Source: Escherichia coli
GTDB lineage: Bacteria; Pseudomonadota; Gammaproteobacteria; Enterobacterales; Enterobacteriaceae
Length of the DNA: 64,000 bases
Assembly: GCF_022846255.1 (NCBI RefSeq)
Contig: NZ_AP025682.1
Strand: one strand, 5' to 3'
Positions 10,516-20,183 of this stretch are shown here, in pieces. The translations under genes were made by a program, and so were the position numbers. Every line of letters starts with the position of its first letter. Within the stretch, counting starts at the first letter, position 1. Under the pieces are notes generated by a model. It worked only from the letters and a program-made list of their open reading frames with translations, was not told the origin of the DNA and made no database searches.

Positions 10516-11316
10516 TTACGATAAATAGAGCTTACGCAGATAATGCGGCACTGCGTCTTCGGCGTTAGTACCAATCACTTCCAGCTCTGGATGCAGATCT
10601 TTCAGCCGTTGATGCGCGCTGCCCATAATGCAGCCTTTCCCCGCCATCGACAGCATTTCGGCATCGTTCATTCCATCGCCAAAGGCAATACAATCTTGCA
10701 GGCTGTAGCCCAGTTTCTTCGCCACCGCTTCCAGCGCATGGCCTTTTGAAACGCCGCCCGCCATCACTTCCAGGCAGGTTAAGGTAGAGAAACTGACATT
10801 GACGCGATCTCCCCAGCGAGCGTTAATCGCCTGCTCCAGTGGCAGAAGTTTTTCATGGGAATCGCAGGTGAAGAACACTTTGCTGACGCCTTCCGGCTCC
10901 AGCAATCCCGGCTCATACAGCGCATATTTGAACACCGCTTCTTTAAAAAAGCGCATCTCTTCCGGGCGATGGCGATTCATAAACCATTCGTCGTCGCGAT
11001 AAACGTTAGTAATGATGTCCGGATTGTCGTTGACTACGCCAAACAGGTCACTGGCAATGTCGCGATCCAGGTTATGAGCAAAAATCAGGTTGCCATCGAG
11101 GTCGTGAACGCGCGCGCCATTGGAGGTAATCATGTAAGACTTAATCTCCAGATTATCGCGAATTTGCCCCACATCAACGTGGTGACGACCGGTCGCAAAC
11201 ACAAAGTTGATGCCGCGCGCGGTGAGCAGCTTCAGAGTTTCTTTGGCGTAAGGGGATAACGTATGGTCGGGAGAAAGTAACGTGCCATCTAAATCAGACG
11301 CAACAACCTGGTACAT
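10516..11316 (-). CDS. yigL: HAD-family sugar phosphatase YigL
   Basis: MYQVVASDLDGTLLSPDH... 266 aa from internal ATG of ORF 10516..11442; 7 nt downstream of pldB stop. Confidence 0.9.
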   Translation of the reverse strand: MYQVVASDLDGTLLSPDHTLSPYAKETLKLLTARGINFVFATGRHHVDVGQIRDNLEIKSYMITSNGARVHDLDGNLIFAHNLDRDIASDLFGVVNDNPDIITNVYRDDEWFMNRHRPEEMRFFKEAVFKYALYEPGLLEPEGVSKVFFTCDSHEKLLPLEQAINARWGDRVNVSFSTLTCLEVMAGGVSKGHALEAVAKKLGYSLQDCIAFGDGMNDAEMLSMAGKGCIMGSAHQRLKDLHPELEVIGTNAEDAVPHYLRKLYLS

Positions 11317-11323
11317 AAGAAAT

Positions 11324-12346
11324 TTAAACCTCTGTAGAGCGGTTTCCGCTGGGTGAGTTATGCCTGTTGAAAAAATCAACGATAGCGTGGAGCGCGACTG
11401 AGCGCATTGCGTCCTTTTCAAAAAGGATCTCATGGTACGCACCTTTAATTACCAACGGCCGTCCTCCTTCGACAGGATGGCCCGCAGCGGTGCGTAGTTC
11501 ACAAAAACGGTCGTGCATGCGGTTATCCACCACGCGTTCCTCTTCAGCTTGTAAGAGAAGCGTTGGCGTGGCGTCATCACCCGCACCGGCTAACACCTGT
11601 TCGCCAGCCAGAATACTTTCGCGTACCCAATGGTAGGTCGGCCCACCGACGCGAATCGTTGGGTCATCAGCATAGAAACGTAAGTTACGTCGATATCGCT
11701 GTCTGCTGTGGGTCAGTACGTTGATAGCAAACGGCAACGCGCGCCAGCGCCCGGTGCCTATCGCATAGCCATCACGGAAACGTGGATGCGCTTCGGCCCA
11801 GTTAAGGATCTGCCGTGCCATAAATGACGGCATACGAATCACAATCCCAAACATTGGCGCAGTTAGCGCAATGGCGTCACATACACCTGGATGGCGTTGC
11901 AGAAATAATGTGGAGATCGCACCGCCCATCGAATGTGCCAGTATATAGCGTTTACGCCACGGACCGGGCTGAACCTCCTGTTGCCAGAATGCCGCCAGAT
12001 CATCAACATAATCATTAAAGCGATTAACATGCCCGAGATGTGGATCGGCTAACAGGCGACCGGAACGTCCCTGCCCGCGATGGTCGATGATTAAAACATC
12101 AAACCCCAAATGGAACAGGTCGTAGGCCAGTTCCGCATATTTTACGTAGCTCTCAATACGCCCCGGACAGATGACTACCACCCGGTCATGGTGCTGTGCG
12201 CGAAAACGGACAAAGCGAACCGGAATGTCATCCACACCAGTAAATTCTGCTTCATCACGCTGACGCCAGAAATCAGTCAGCGGTCCCATGGTAAAAGCAG
12301 CAAACGCGTTTTCTCTTGTTTCCCAGTCTTTTTGCTGCTGAAACAT
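11324..12346 (-). CDS. pldB: lysophospholipase L2
   Basis: 340-aa product with alpha/beta-hydrolase HSMGG motif matching PldB. Confidence 0.9.
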   Translation of the reverse strand: MFQQQKDWETRENAFAAFTMGPLTDFWRQRDEAEFTGVDDIPVRFVRFRAQHHDRVVVICPGRIESYVKYAELAYDLFHLGFDVLIIDHRGQGRSGRLLADPHLGHVNRFNDYVDDLAAFWQQEVQPGPWRKRYILAHSMGGAISTLFLQRHPGVCDAIALTAPMFGIVIRMPSFMARQILNWAEAHPRFRDGYAIGTGRWRALPFAINVLTHSRQRYRRNLRFYADDPTIRVGGPTYHWVRESILAGEQVLAGAGDDATPTLLLQAEEERVVDNRMHDRFCELRTAAGHPVEGGRPLVIKGAYHEILFEKDAMRSVALHAIVDFFNRHNSPSGNRSTEV

Positions 12347-12456
12347 CGGGTAATCTGCCTCTTAAACCACGTAAAATCGTTTTTTTAAGCGTGCCTGACA
12401 CAACGCTGCGACAGTAGCGTATTGTGGCACAAAAATAGACACACCGGGAGTTCATC

Positions 12457-13077
12457 ATGACCTTAGAATGGTGGTTTGCCTACCTGCTGACATCGATCAT
12501 TTTAAGCCTGTCGCCAGGCTCTGGCGCAATCAACACCATGACCACCTCGCTCAACCACGGTTATCGCGGCGCGGTGGCGTCTATTGCTGGGCTTCAGACC
12601 GGACTGGCGATTCATATTGTGCTGGTTGGCGTGGGGTTGGGGACGCTATTTTCCCGCTCAGTGATTGCGTTTGAAGTGTTGAAGTGGGCAGGCGCAGCTT
12701 ACTTGATTTGGCTGGGAATACAGCAATGGCGCGCCGCTGGCGCAATTGATCTTAAATCGCTGGCCTCTACTCAATCGCGCCGACATTTGTTCCAGCGCGC
12801 AGTTTTTGTGAATCTCACCAATCCCAAAAGTATTGTGTTTCTGGCGGCGCTATTTCCGCAATTCATCATGCCGCAACAGCCGCAGCTGATGCAGTATATC
12901 GTGCTCGGCGTCACCACTATTGTGGTCGATATTATTGTGATGATCGGTTACGCCACCCTTGCTCAACGGATTGCTCTATGGATTAAAGGACCAAAGCAGA
13001 TGAAGGCGCTGAATAAGATTTTCGGCTCGTTATTTATGCTGGTGGGAGCGCTGTTAGCATCGGCGAGGCATGCTTAA
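12457..13077 (+). CDS. rhtB: homoserine/homoserine-lactone efflux protein (LysE family)
   Basis: 206-aa LysE-family membrane protein matching RhtB. Confidence 0.9.
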
Positions 13078-13106
13078 AACTGGAATAAAGCTCACGTAAA
13101 TTAATG

Positions 13107-13141
13107 TGCCTCGAGAGATTGTTACATCCGCGCTCGAGGCA
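13107..13141. repeat. inverted repeat at the left edge of the rhtB-rhtC insertion
   Basis: TGCCTCGAG ... CTCGAGGCA, 9-bp perfect stem with 17-nt loop, no T-run. Confidence 0.4.
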
Positions 13142-13235
13142 TCTCGTAATAAGCGTAATCTGTTAATTTATTTACTATTTACTTCTCTTTGTTAGTGCCA
13201 GAATGCCGCCATATTTCACCCACGGATGATGAAAA

Positions 13236-14096
13236 ATGACGGAAGCAACGACACCACATGACGCAATCTTTAAGGCTTTTTTATCCCGACCAGAAACGGC
13301 CCGTGACTTTATTGAAATTCATCTGCCGCCTTCTTTAGTTAAACTCTGCAATCTTGATACGCTCCATCTCGAGTCCAGCAGTTTTGTAGAGGAAAACCTA
13401 CGCCAGTATTACAACGACGTACTTTATTCAGTAGAGACGACGAAAGGGTGCGGATATATCTATGTGTTGATTGAGCATCAAAGTTCACCTGATGAAAATA
13501 TGGCGTTCCGTATGCTTCGCTATGCTATTGCCACCATGCAGCGGCATCTTGAAGCGGGACATGATTATCTGCCTCTGGTGATCCCCATTCTTTTTTACCA
13601 GGGAAAGCGTAGCCCATATCCATGGTCAACAAACTGGCTCGATGGTTTTCCGGATCCGGACATTGCACGCGATCTCTATTTCCATGCTTTTCCGCTGGTT
13701 GATATTACGCTAATTCCTGATGACGAAATCATGCAACACCGCAGCATGGCCGCCTTTACGCTGGTACAGAAGCATATCCGTCAACGGGATATGACAACGC
13801 TGTTAGATAAGTTATCCCGCTTAATGATTCTGGGGCAGATGAGCGGACAGCAAATACGCATGTTGATAAACTACATGGCGCTGGTAGGTGAAGCACAGGA
13901 TGTACGAACATTAGTACATGGTCTGGCACAACGAGTGCCTCAACAAGGAGAGGAACTGATGACTTTAGCGGAAGAACTTCGGCGCGATGCCCTTCTCAAT
14001 GTCGCAAAAGCAATGCTACAGCGTGGCTTTGATTTGCAGTTGATTATGGAAATGACCGGGCTTTCTCAGGAAGACCTTTATCAATTGCAATCCTGA
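13236..14096 (+). CDS. Rpn-family recombination-promoting nuclease (YhgA-like, PD-(D/E)XK, transposase_31 family)
   Basis: 286-aa product closely resembling E. coli RpnA/YhgA N-terminus (TPHDAIFK..., LHLESSSF, VLIEHQS, MAFRMLRY, LPLVIPILFYQG, PLVDITLIPDDEIMQHR); lower GC than flanks. Confidence 0.85.
   Translation: MTEATTPHDAIFKAFLSRPETARDFIEIHLPPSLVKLCNLDTLHLESSSFVEENLRQYYNDVLYSVETTKGCGYIYVLIEHQSSPDENMAFRMLRYAIATMQRHLEAGHDYLPLVIPILFYQGKRSPYPWSTNWLDGFPDPDIARDLYFHAFPLVDITLIPDDEIMQHRSMAAFTLVQKHIRQRDMTTLLDKLSRLMILGQMSGQQIRMLINYMALVGEAQDVRTLVHGLAQRVPQQGEELMTLAEELRRDALLNVAKAMLQRGFDLQLIMEMTGLSQEDLYQLQS
13959..14096 (+). CDS. candidate nested in-frame small ORF (45 aa, RpnS-like) inside the Rpn-family gene
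   Basis: consensus AAGGAG at 13945-13950, 8-nt spacer, in-frame ATG at 13959; would express the C-terminal 45 residues separately. Confidence 0.4.
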   Translation: MTLAEELRRDALLNVAKAMLQRGFDLQLIMEMTGLSQEDLYQLQS

Positions 14097-14103
14097 TGTT
14101 ATT

Positions 14104-14126
14104 CCCCCTGATAGCGTATCAGGGGG
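14104..14126. terminator. strong hairpin between convergent Rpn-like gene and rhtC
   Basis: CCCCCTGATA gcg TATCAGGGGG, 10-bp perfect stem with 3-nt loop. Confidence 0.5.
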
Positions 14127-14132
14127 AAGTGC

Positions 14133-14753
14133 TTAACGCGAAATAATCAAATGAATGCCAAATCCGGCAAATAACGCCCCGGCAAAACCATCAATCCACT
14201 TCGCCAGACGCTGATAACCACGGCGCATTTGCGGCAGGGCAAACAGGCTGGCAACGACGGTAAACCACGCCAGTGTTTCGACAATAATCAACGCGAAAAT
14301 GCCCCAGCGTTCGGTGGTGCCAACGTTATCGCCGACAAACAGCGAGAATACCGAACCAAAGTAGATAATCGCTTTCGGATTGGCGAGATTGGTCAGTAAG
14401 CCTTTCAGGAAACTGCGCCCGCTTTTTGCCAGCTCAACCTGTGGTGCAGGCGCAGAAACCGCCTCTTTTTTCAGTGCACCGCGTAGCATCTGGTAACCCA
14501 TCCAGCAGAGATACAGGCCACCGCCCACCATAATCAGCGTATGCAGCCAGGCCATTTTTTCGATAATCAAATGCAGGCCAAGCAACGCAATCCCAGCCCA
14601 AACCATTACGCCGCAGGTAATGCCCAGCACGCCCATCATCGCTTCTTTACGGGAACGACTGACAGCGGTCTGAGAGACAAAAAAGAAATCGGGACCGGGG
14701 CTCATAAGCGCCACAATGTGCACCATGGCGACGGTGAGGAATAACATCAACAT
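14133..14753 (-). CDS. rhtC: threonine efflux protein (LysE family)
   Basis: 206-aa LysE-family protein matching RhtC. Confidence 0.9.
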   Translation of the reverse strand: MLMLFLTVAMVHIVALMSPGPDFFFVSQTAVSRSRKEAMMGVLGITCGVMVWAGIALLGLHLIIEKMAWLHTLIMVGGGLYLCWMGYQMLRGALKKEAVSAPAPQVELAKSGRSFLKGLLTNLANPKAIIYFGSVFSLFVGDNVGTTERWGIFALIIVETLAWFTVVASLFALPQMRRGYQRLAKWIDGFAGALFAGFGIHLIISR

Positions 14754-14816
14754 ACATTAGACTCGCGGGGGAAACGTTTACGGAGTCTTCATCCTGGCAC
14801 TTTTTTATCCTGCTGA

Positions 14817-16652
14817 CTACTCTTCGTCATCGCCATCGACATGCGCACGAATCAGCGCCATAAACGGTTTGCCAAAGCGTTCCAGCTTGCGCATCCCAAC
14901 GCCGTTAACGCTGAGCATTTCGCTGGCAGTGATCGGCATCTGTTCCGCCATCTCAATCAAGGTTGCGTCGTTAAATACCACGTACGGCGGGACATTGCTT
15001 TCATCGGCAATCGATTTACGCAGTTTGCGTAATTTGGCGAACAGTTTGCGATCATAGTTGCCGCCGAACGATTTCTGCATCGCTTTCGGTTTGAGCGCCA
15101 CGATACGCGGCACGGCAAGTTGCAAAGAGGATTCGCCGCGCAGCACCGGACGCGCAGCCTCTGTCAGTTGTAGGGCAGAATGCTGGGCAATATTTTGCGT
15201 CACCAGGCCGAGGTGAATCAGCTGGCGGATCACGCTCACCCAATGTTCATGGCTTTTATCACGGCCCATGCCATAGACTTTCAGTTTGTCATGACCATAG
15301 TCGCGGATACGCTGGTTATTAGCGCCACGAATCACTTCCACCACATAACCCATCCCAAACCGCTGATTCACCCGACCAATGGTGGAAAGGGCAATCTGAG
15401 CATCGGTTGAACCATCGTATTGTTTCGGCGGATCGAGGCAGATATCGCAGTTCCCGCACGGCTCCTGCCGCCCTTCGCCAAAGTAGTTCAGCAGCACCAG
15501 ACGACGGCAAGTTTGCGCTTCGGCAAACGCGCCCATCGCATTGAGTTTATGGCGCTCGATATCCTGCAATTGCCCCTGCGGCTTCTCTTCCAGACAACGG
15601 CGTAGCCACGCCATATCGGCCGGATCGTAAAACAGCATCGCTTCCGCGGGCAGGCCATCACGCCCGGCGCGTCCAGTTTCCTGATAATAGGATTCGATAT
15701 TGCGCGGAATATCAAAGTGGACCACGAAGCGGACGTTAGGCTTGTTGATGCCCATGCCAAACGCCACGGTCGCCACCACAATTTGCAGGTCATCGCGCTG
15801 GAATTTTTCCTGCACATCGGCGCGAACATTATTTTCCAGCCCGGCATGATAGGCCGCCGCGCTAATTCCCTTGCTTTGCAGGCGCGCAGCGGTGTCTTCT
15901 ACTTTCGCGCGGCTGTTGCAGTAGATAATGCCTGACTTACCGCGCTGTTCCTGCACGTAGCGCATCAACTGATCGAGCGGTTTGAATTTCTCCATCAGCA
16001 TGTAGCGAATGTTCGGACGGTCAAAACTGCTAATTTGAATCAGCGGATCGTTCAGCCCCAGCAGGCGCACGATATCCTGCCGCGTGGTGTCGTCGGCGGT
16101 GGCAGTCAGCGCCATAAACGGCAGCGTCGGAAAACGCTGACGCAGCTGACCGAGGGCAGCGTATTCCGGGCGGAAATCGTGCCCCCATTGGGAGATACAG
16201 TGCGCTTCATCAACGGCTAATAACACCGGATTCCAGTGCGCCAGATGCTCAAGGAAGTTATCCAGCATCAGGCGTTCCGGCGCGATATACAGCAGGCGGA
16301 TTTGCCCGGTGCGACAGCCTGTCATCACGTCAAGTTGCTGCTCGCGGGTTTGCGTCGAGTTAAGGCACGCCGCCGCCACGCCGTTGGCTTGCAGTTGATC
16401 CACCTGATCTTTCATCAACGAAATCAGCGGTGAGACAACCACGGTAAGGCCGTTTAGCAATAAGGCAGGGATTTGATAGCAAAGGGATTTTCCGCCACCA
16501 GTGGGCATGACGACCAGGCAATCGCGACCGGAAAGTACGGTGTCGATAATCTCTTCCTGGCCGGGGCGAAACTGTTGGTAGCCAAAGGTTTCTTGTAAAA
16601 CCTGTTTAGCCCCGGACTCCAGATTCAACACTTCCGCCTGCGCCACATTCAC
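14817..16652 (-). CDS. recQ: ATP-dependent DNA helicase RecQ
   Basis: product matches RecQ ([29 protein letters not shown]...); annotated start may be the GTG two codons downstream of the ORF start. Confidence 0.95.
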   Translation of the reverse strand: MNVAQAEVLNLESGAKQVLQETFGYQQFRPGQEEIIDTVLSGRDCLVVMPTGGGKSLCYQIPALLLNGLTVVVSPLISLMKDQVDQLQANGVAAACLNSTQTREQQLDVMTGCRTGQIRLLYIAPERLMLDNFLEHLAHWNPVLLAVDEAHCISQWGHDFRPEYAALGQLRQRFPTLPFMALTATADDTTRQDIVRLLGLNDPLIQISSFDRPNIRYMLMEKFKPLDQLMRYVQEQRGKSGIIYCNSRAKVEDTAARLQSKGISAAAYHAGLENNVRADVQEKFQRDDLQIVVATVAFGMGINKPNVRFVVHFDIPRNIESYYQETGRAGRDGLPAEAMLFYDPADMAWLRRCLEEKPQGQLQDIERHKLNAMGAFAEAQTCRRLVLLNYFGEGRQEPCGNCDICLDPPKQYDGSTDAQIALSTIGRVNQRFGMGYVVEVIRGANNQRIRDYGHDKLKVYGMGRDKSHEHWVSVIRQLIHLGLVTQNIAQHSALQLTEAARPVLRGESSLQLAVPRIVALKPKAMQKSFGGNYDRKLFAKLRKLRKSIADESNVPPYVVFNDATLIEMAEQMPITASEMLSVNGVGMRKLERFGKPFMALIRAHVDGDDEE

Positions 16653-16660
16653 CCCGATTG

Positions 16661-16695
16661 CCTGAAATAAAAACAGGCGCTATTTTCAGCGCCTG
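16661..16695 (-). terminator. rho-independent terminator downstream of pldA
   Basis: CAGGCGCT / AGCGCCTG 8-bp stem with 6-nt loop, followed on the minus strand by TTTTTATTT. Confidence 0.55.
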
Positions 16696-16770
16696 CGCGA
16701 GAAACTGCAATGCTTTTAGTCTCTGAGAGGGTAATCCTGGATGCTGGATTCCAGATTTGCCAACCATTCA

Positions 16771-17640
16771 TCAAAACAGGTCGTTTAGCATAACTCCCAC
16801 ACCAACGCGGGTCTGGTTGAAGTTATAGTCGATGAGCGATTCGCCGTAACCACTGTAAACCTGAGTATAAAGGCGCACATGTTTGGTGATCGGGTAACTT
16901 AAGCCTAACTCCGCACCACCGTAACCGGTGTTCCAGTTGTACTGCCCTTTCGCGCTCAGTACCGCATCACCGAGGTGATAGCCGATTTTAAGCTGGTAAT
17001 AGCCCATATATTTGGTGATATCCGGGTTATCGTCAGTATTACCCACCACATACCACGGCTTCACCTCTACCAGCCAGTTACCGTTTTCTGCCATCAGGCG
17101 GGTATAAAGGCGGTTCCAGCTGCGGGAAGTCGGGTCAGAACGCCCGTTTGAGTCGTGGTTGTAGCCCATTTCCACATCGCGCAGCGTCCAGCCAGCAAAG
17201 TTGTAATCCGTGGCAAAACCGAGGAACAATTGCGGTTCGTAGTTGGTTTCACGAAACGGTGAAGACTCTTCGCTATTGGACAGTTGCCACCAGGATTTTT
17301 GCGTGTAAGACGCACCCAATACCGAGTTCGGGCCTAAAATCCCACGCCACAGCGGAAATGCCAGGCTCAACTGAAACTTTACTTCATCCTTACGCGCATT
17401 TTCCGCCCAGTCGTAACTGGCAATCGCTTCTTTATTCAGATCGCTGGTTTGGGTGTAGATGATGTAGTTGGTGTCATAAGGATAAAGGGTGAACGGATTG
17501 TCATGCTCCTGCAGCATATTCGCAATAATACTGCCACGCACCGCAGGCGCGTCATGCACCTCTTTTACCGTTGCCTCTTGCGCATACACTGCCATTGGCA
17601 ACATAAACACCGGCAACAACCAGCCCTGCAGAGTCCGCAT
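16771..17640 (-). CDS. pldA: outer membrane phospholipase A
   Basis: 289-aa product with signal peptide, matching PldA. Confidence 0.95.
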   Translation of the reverse strand: MRTLQGWLLPVFMLPMAVYAQEATVKEVHDAPAVRGSIIANMLQEHDNPFTLYPYDTNYIIYTQTSDLNKEAIASYDWAENARKDEVKFQLSLAFPLWRGILGPNSVLGASYTQKSWWQLSNSEESSPFRETNYEPQLFLGFATDYNFAGWTLRDVEMGYNHDSNGRSDPTSRSWNRLYTRLMAENGNWLVEVKPWYVVGNTDDNPDITKYMGYYQLKIGYHLGDAVLSAKGQYNWNTGYGGAELGLSYPITKHVRLYTQVYSGYGESLIDYNFNQTRVGVGVMLNDLF

Positions 17641-17804
17641 CGGTCGTGTTCTCCGTAACGAATTATTGATTAGATGAATATTTTTCTGCGGGCTATTTTA
17701 CATACTTAACTCCTTTGCCGTTAGTTATCCCTTCCTAAAGTAGAAAACCACAATTAAGAAGCATAAAATCAACATTTCATTAACCAATGAGGTGTAAGGA
17801 TGAT

Positions 17805-18272
17805 ATGTCTGCCGTACTGACCGCTGAACAAGCCCTGAAATTAGTGGGTGAGATGTTTGTTTATCACATGCCATTTAACCGCGCATTGGGGATGGAACTG
17901 GAGCGTTACGAAAAAGAGTTCGCACAGCTGGCCTTTAAAAATCAGCCAATGATGGTGGGTAACTGGGCGCAAAGCATTTTGCACGGCGGGGTCATTGCGT
18001 CGGCGCTGGATGTCGCCGCAGGTCTGGTGTGCGTGGGAAGTACCTTAACCCGCCACGAAACCATCAGTGAAGATGAACTACGCCAGCGGCTATCGCGGAT
18101 GGGGACCATTGATCTTCGCGTCGATTATCTGCGCCCAGGCAGGGGCGAGCGTTTTACTGCTACCAGTAGCCTGTTGCGGGCAGGCAATAAAGTCGCCGTC
18201 GCCCGCGTTGAATTACACAATGAAGAACAGCTTTATATTGCCAGCGCTACCGCCACCTATATGGTAGGTTGA
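17805..18272 (+). CDS. yigI: PaaI-like thioesterase YigI
   Basis: 155-aa hotdog-fold thioesterase from internal ATG of ORF 17787..18272. Confidence 0.8.
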   Translation: MSAVLTAEQALKLVGEMFVYHMPFNRALGMELERYEKEFAQLAFKNQPMMVGNWAQSILHGGVIASALDVAAGLVCVGSTLTRHETISEDELRQRLSRMGTIDLRVDYLRPGRGERFTATSSLLRAGNKVAVARVELHNEEQLYIASATATYMVG

Positions 18273-18323
18273 TAACGTAAAAGCAGGTAAACTGCTGTTA
18301 CCAATTAAAAATGAGTATTCCCG

Positions 18324-19211
18324 ATGGATGCAAAACAAACGCGGCAAGGCGTATTACTCGCTCTTGCCGCTTATTTTATTTGGGGTATTGCGCCAGCGTA
18401 CTTCAAGCTGATTTACTACGTGCCCGCCGATGAGATCCTGACGCATCGCGTGATCTGGTCGTTTTTCTTTATGGTGGTGCTGATGAGCATCTGCCGCCAG
18501 TGGTCCTATTTAAAAACGCTGATTCAGACGCCACAGAAAATTTTTATGCTGGCAGTCTCTGCCGTGCTGATTGGTGGCAACTGGCTACTGTTTATCTGGG
18601 CGGTGAACAATCACCATATGCTGGAAGCGAGTCTTGGTTACTTTATTAACCCGCTGGTGAACATTGTGCTGGGGATGATTTTCCTCGGCGAGCGATTCCG
18701 CCGGATGCAATGGCTGGCGGTGATTCTGGCGATATGTGGAGTGCTGGTTCAGTTGTGGACTTTTGGTTCACTGCCGATCATCGCGCTGGGGCTGGCGTTT
18801 AGTTTTGCTTTCTATGGCCTGGTGCGCAAGAAGATTGCTGTTGAAGCGCAAACCGGCATGTTAATCGAAACTATGTGGTTGCTGCCCGTGGCGGCGATTT
18901 ACCTGTTTGCTATTGCCGACAGCTCAACCAGTCATATGGGGCAAAACCCGATGTCGCTGAATTTACTGCTGATCGCCGCCGGTATTGTCACTACCGTACC
19001 GCTGTTGTGTTTTACTGCGGCTGCGACACGCCTGCGTCTCTCAACGTTAGGCTTTTTTCAGTACATTGGCCCGACGCTGATGTTCCTGCTGGCTGTGACG
19101 TTTTATGGTGAAAAACCGGGTGCCGATAAGATGGTGACCTTCGCCTTTATTTGGGTGGCGCTGGCAATTTTTGTGATGGATGCGATTTATACGCAGCGTA
19201 GAAAAAGTTAA
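18324..19211 (+). CDS. rarD: EamA-family transporter RarD
   Basis: 295-aa 10-TM DMT protein matching RarD. Confidence 0.9.
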   Translation: MDAKQTRQGVLLALAAYFIWGIAPAYFKLIYYVPADEILTHRVIWSFFFMVVLMSICRQWSYLKTLIQTPQKIFMLAVSAVLIGGNWLLFIWAVNNHHMLEASLGYFINPLVNIVLGMIFLGERFRRMQWLAVILAICGVLVQLWTFGSLPIIALGLAFSFAFYGLVRKKIAVEAQTGMLIETMWLLPVAAIYLFAIADSSTSHMGQNPMSLNLLLIAAGIVTTVPLLCFTAAATRLRLSTLGFFQYIGPTLMFLLAVTFYGEKPGADKMVTFAFIWVALAIFVMDAIYTQRRKS

Positions 19212-19257
19212 GCATTAACATGGGTAGGCCGTTTAAAGAGCCTACCCACTGACTTAT

Positions 19258-19575
19258 TTATCTTTTTTTGAAAAAAATTAAGATAAGAAAAAGAACAATA
19301 TTTGTTACAGGAAATACCCCCAAAGCTCCCCAGTACTTACTCCATCCTAGAGACATCGTATATCTACCAAGGATTTGACAAAATCCAAAACTTAACCCTA
19401 TACCTATACTTCTTAAATTTAATGTCGTAGTCAGGCTTAAAATAAATAGAACAAGGATGGTAATAGCCCACCACAATAACCACGCCTTAACAAAATCAGA
19501 TTTTTTGCTGTAAGGTTCTTTACCCAAGAACAACTGCCAAAAGTTACTATTTTCCATATAGAATACATTCACCAA
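19258..19575 (-). CDS. small hypothetical inner membrane protein in AT-rich islet (position of yigG in the K-12 layout)
   Basis: 105-aa ORF with two hydrophobic segments; about 30% GC; start codon uncertain. Confidence 0.4.
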   Translation of the reverse strand: MVNVFYMENSNFWQLFLGKEPYSKKSDFVKAWLLWWAITILVLFILSLTTTLNLRSIGIGLSFGFCQILGRYTMSLGWSKYWGALGVFPVTNIVLFLILIFFKKR

Positions 19576-19772
19576 AAATATTATTCATAGAAACAAATAT
19601 TATTTAATTATATTTAATTAAATATAGTTCCCCTCAATAAAAACTTATACACTCTAAATTACTACTGTATAGTTATCAATACAAAGGCTGTCATATTGCA
19701 TGGATATAACAAGCTATATGTTCTAAATAATGTATATACACTTAAACCAATCATATACAAAACAATATAAAA

Positions 19773-20159
19773 ATGTTTAAATCATCTATTAGAAATATAT
19801 TATACCCATCCAGGCTTAAGCATTTATCACGTTTGCAGTTTATAATCTACACATTAACATCATGGACAATATTAATAACTTTGAATGATATCAACCTGGC
19901 TTTGAGTTTCATTCTGGTCATCACTAATACGTATGTGAATATCAATATCGGAGCTAAAAGAATAAGAGATACTGGATGTAAGGCAATCTATTTTGTATTG
20001 ATTTCATTGGGTTTGACACTTTTTTCTATTATCTCGGCAGTAATTGAAGGGGTGAGATGTGATTCATTAAGCGTCCAACTCAACGTAGCATGGATATTAT
20101 TCACAACAATTATGTTATCTGCGATTCCCTCGGCTAAAATGTCGCTGTCAGCACACTAA
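19773..20159 (+). CDS. small hypothetical inner membrane protein in AT-rich islet (position of yigF in the K-12 layout)
   Basis: 128-aa ORF, hydrophobic segments; about 30% GC. Confidence 0.4.
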   Translation: MFKSSIRNILYPSRLKHLSRLQFIIYTLTSWTILITLNDINLALSFILVITNTYVNINIGAKRIRDTGCKAIYFVLISLGLTLFSIISAVIEGVRCDSLSVQLNVAWILFTTIMLSAIPSAKMSLSAH

Positions 20160-20183
20160 CTTACTCACAGCGACATCGTAAAG

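Noticed and set aside
13236-14096. Rpn-like gene as an insertion sequence or transposon
   Set aside because: Although the family is named transposase_31, the flanking palindromes are hairpins rather than IS-type terminal inverted repeats, and there is no DDE transposase or target-site duplication. I call it a nuclease gene, not a mobile element.
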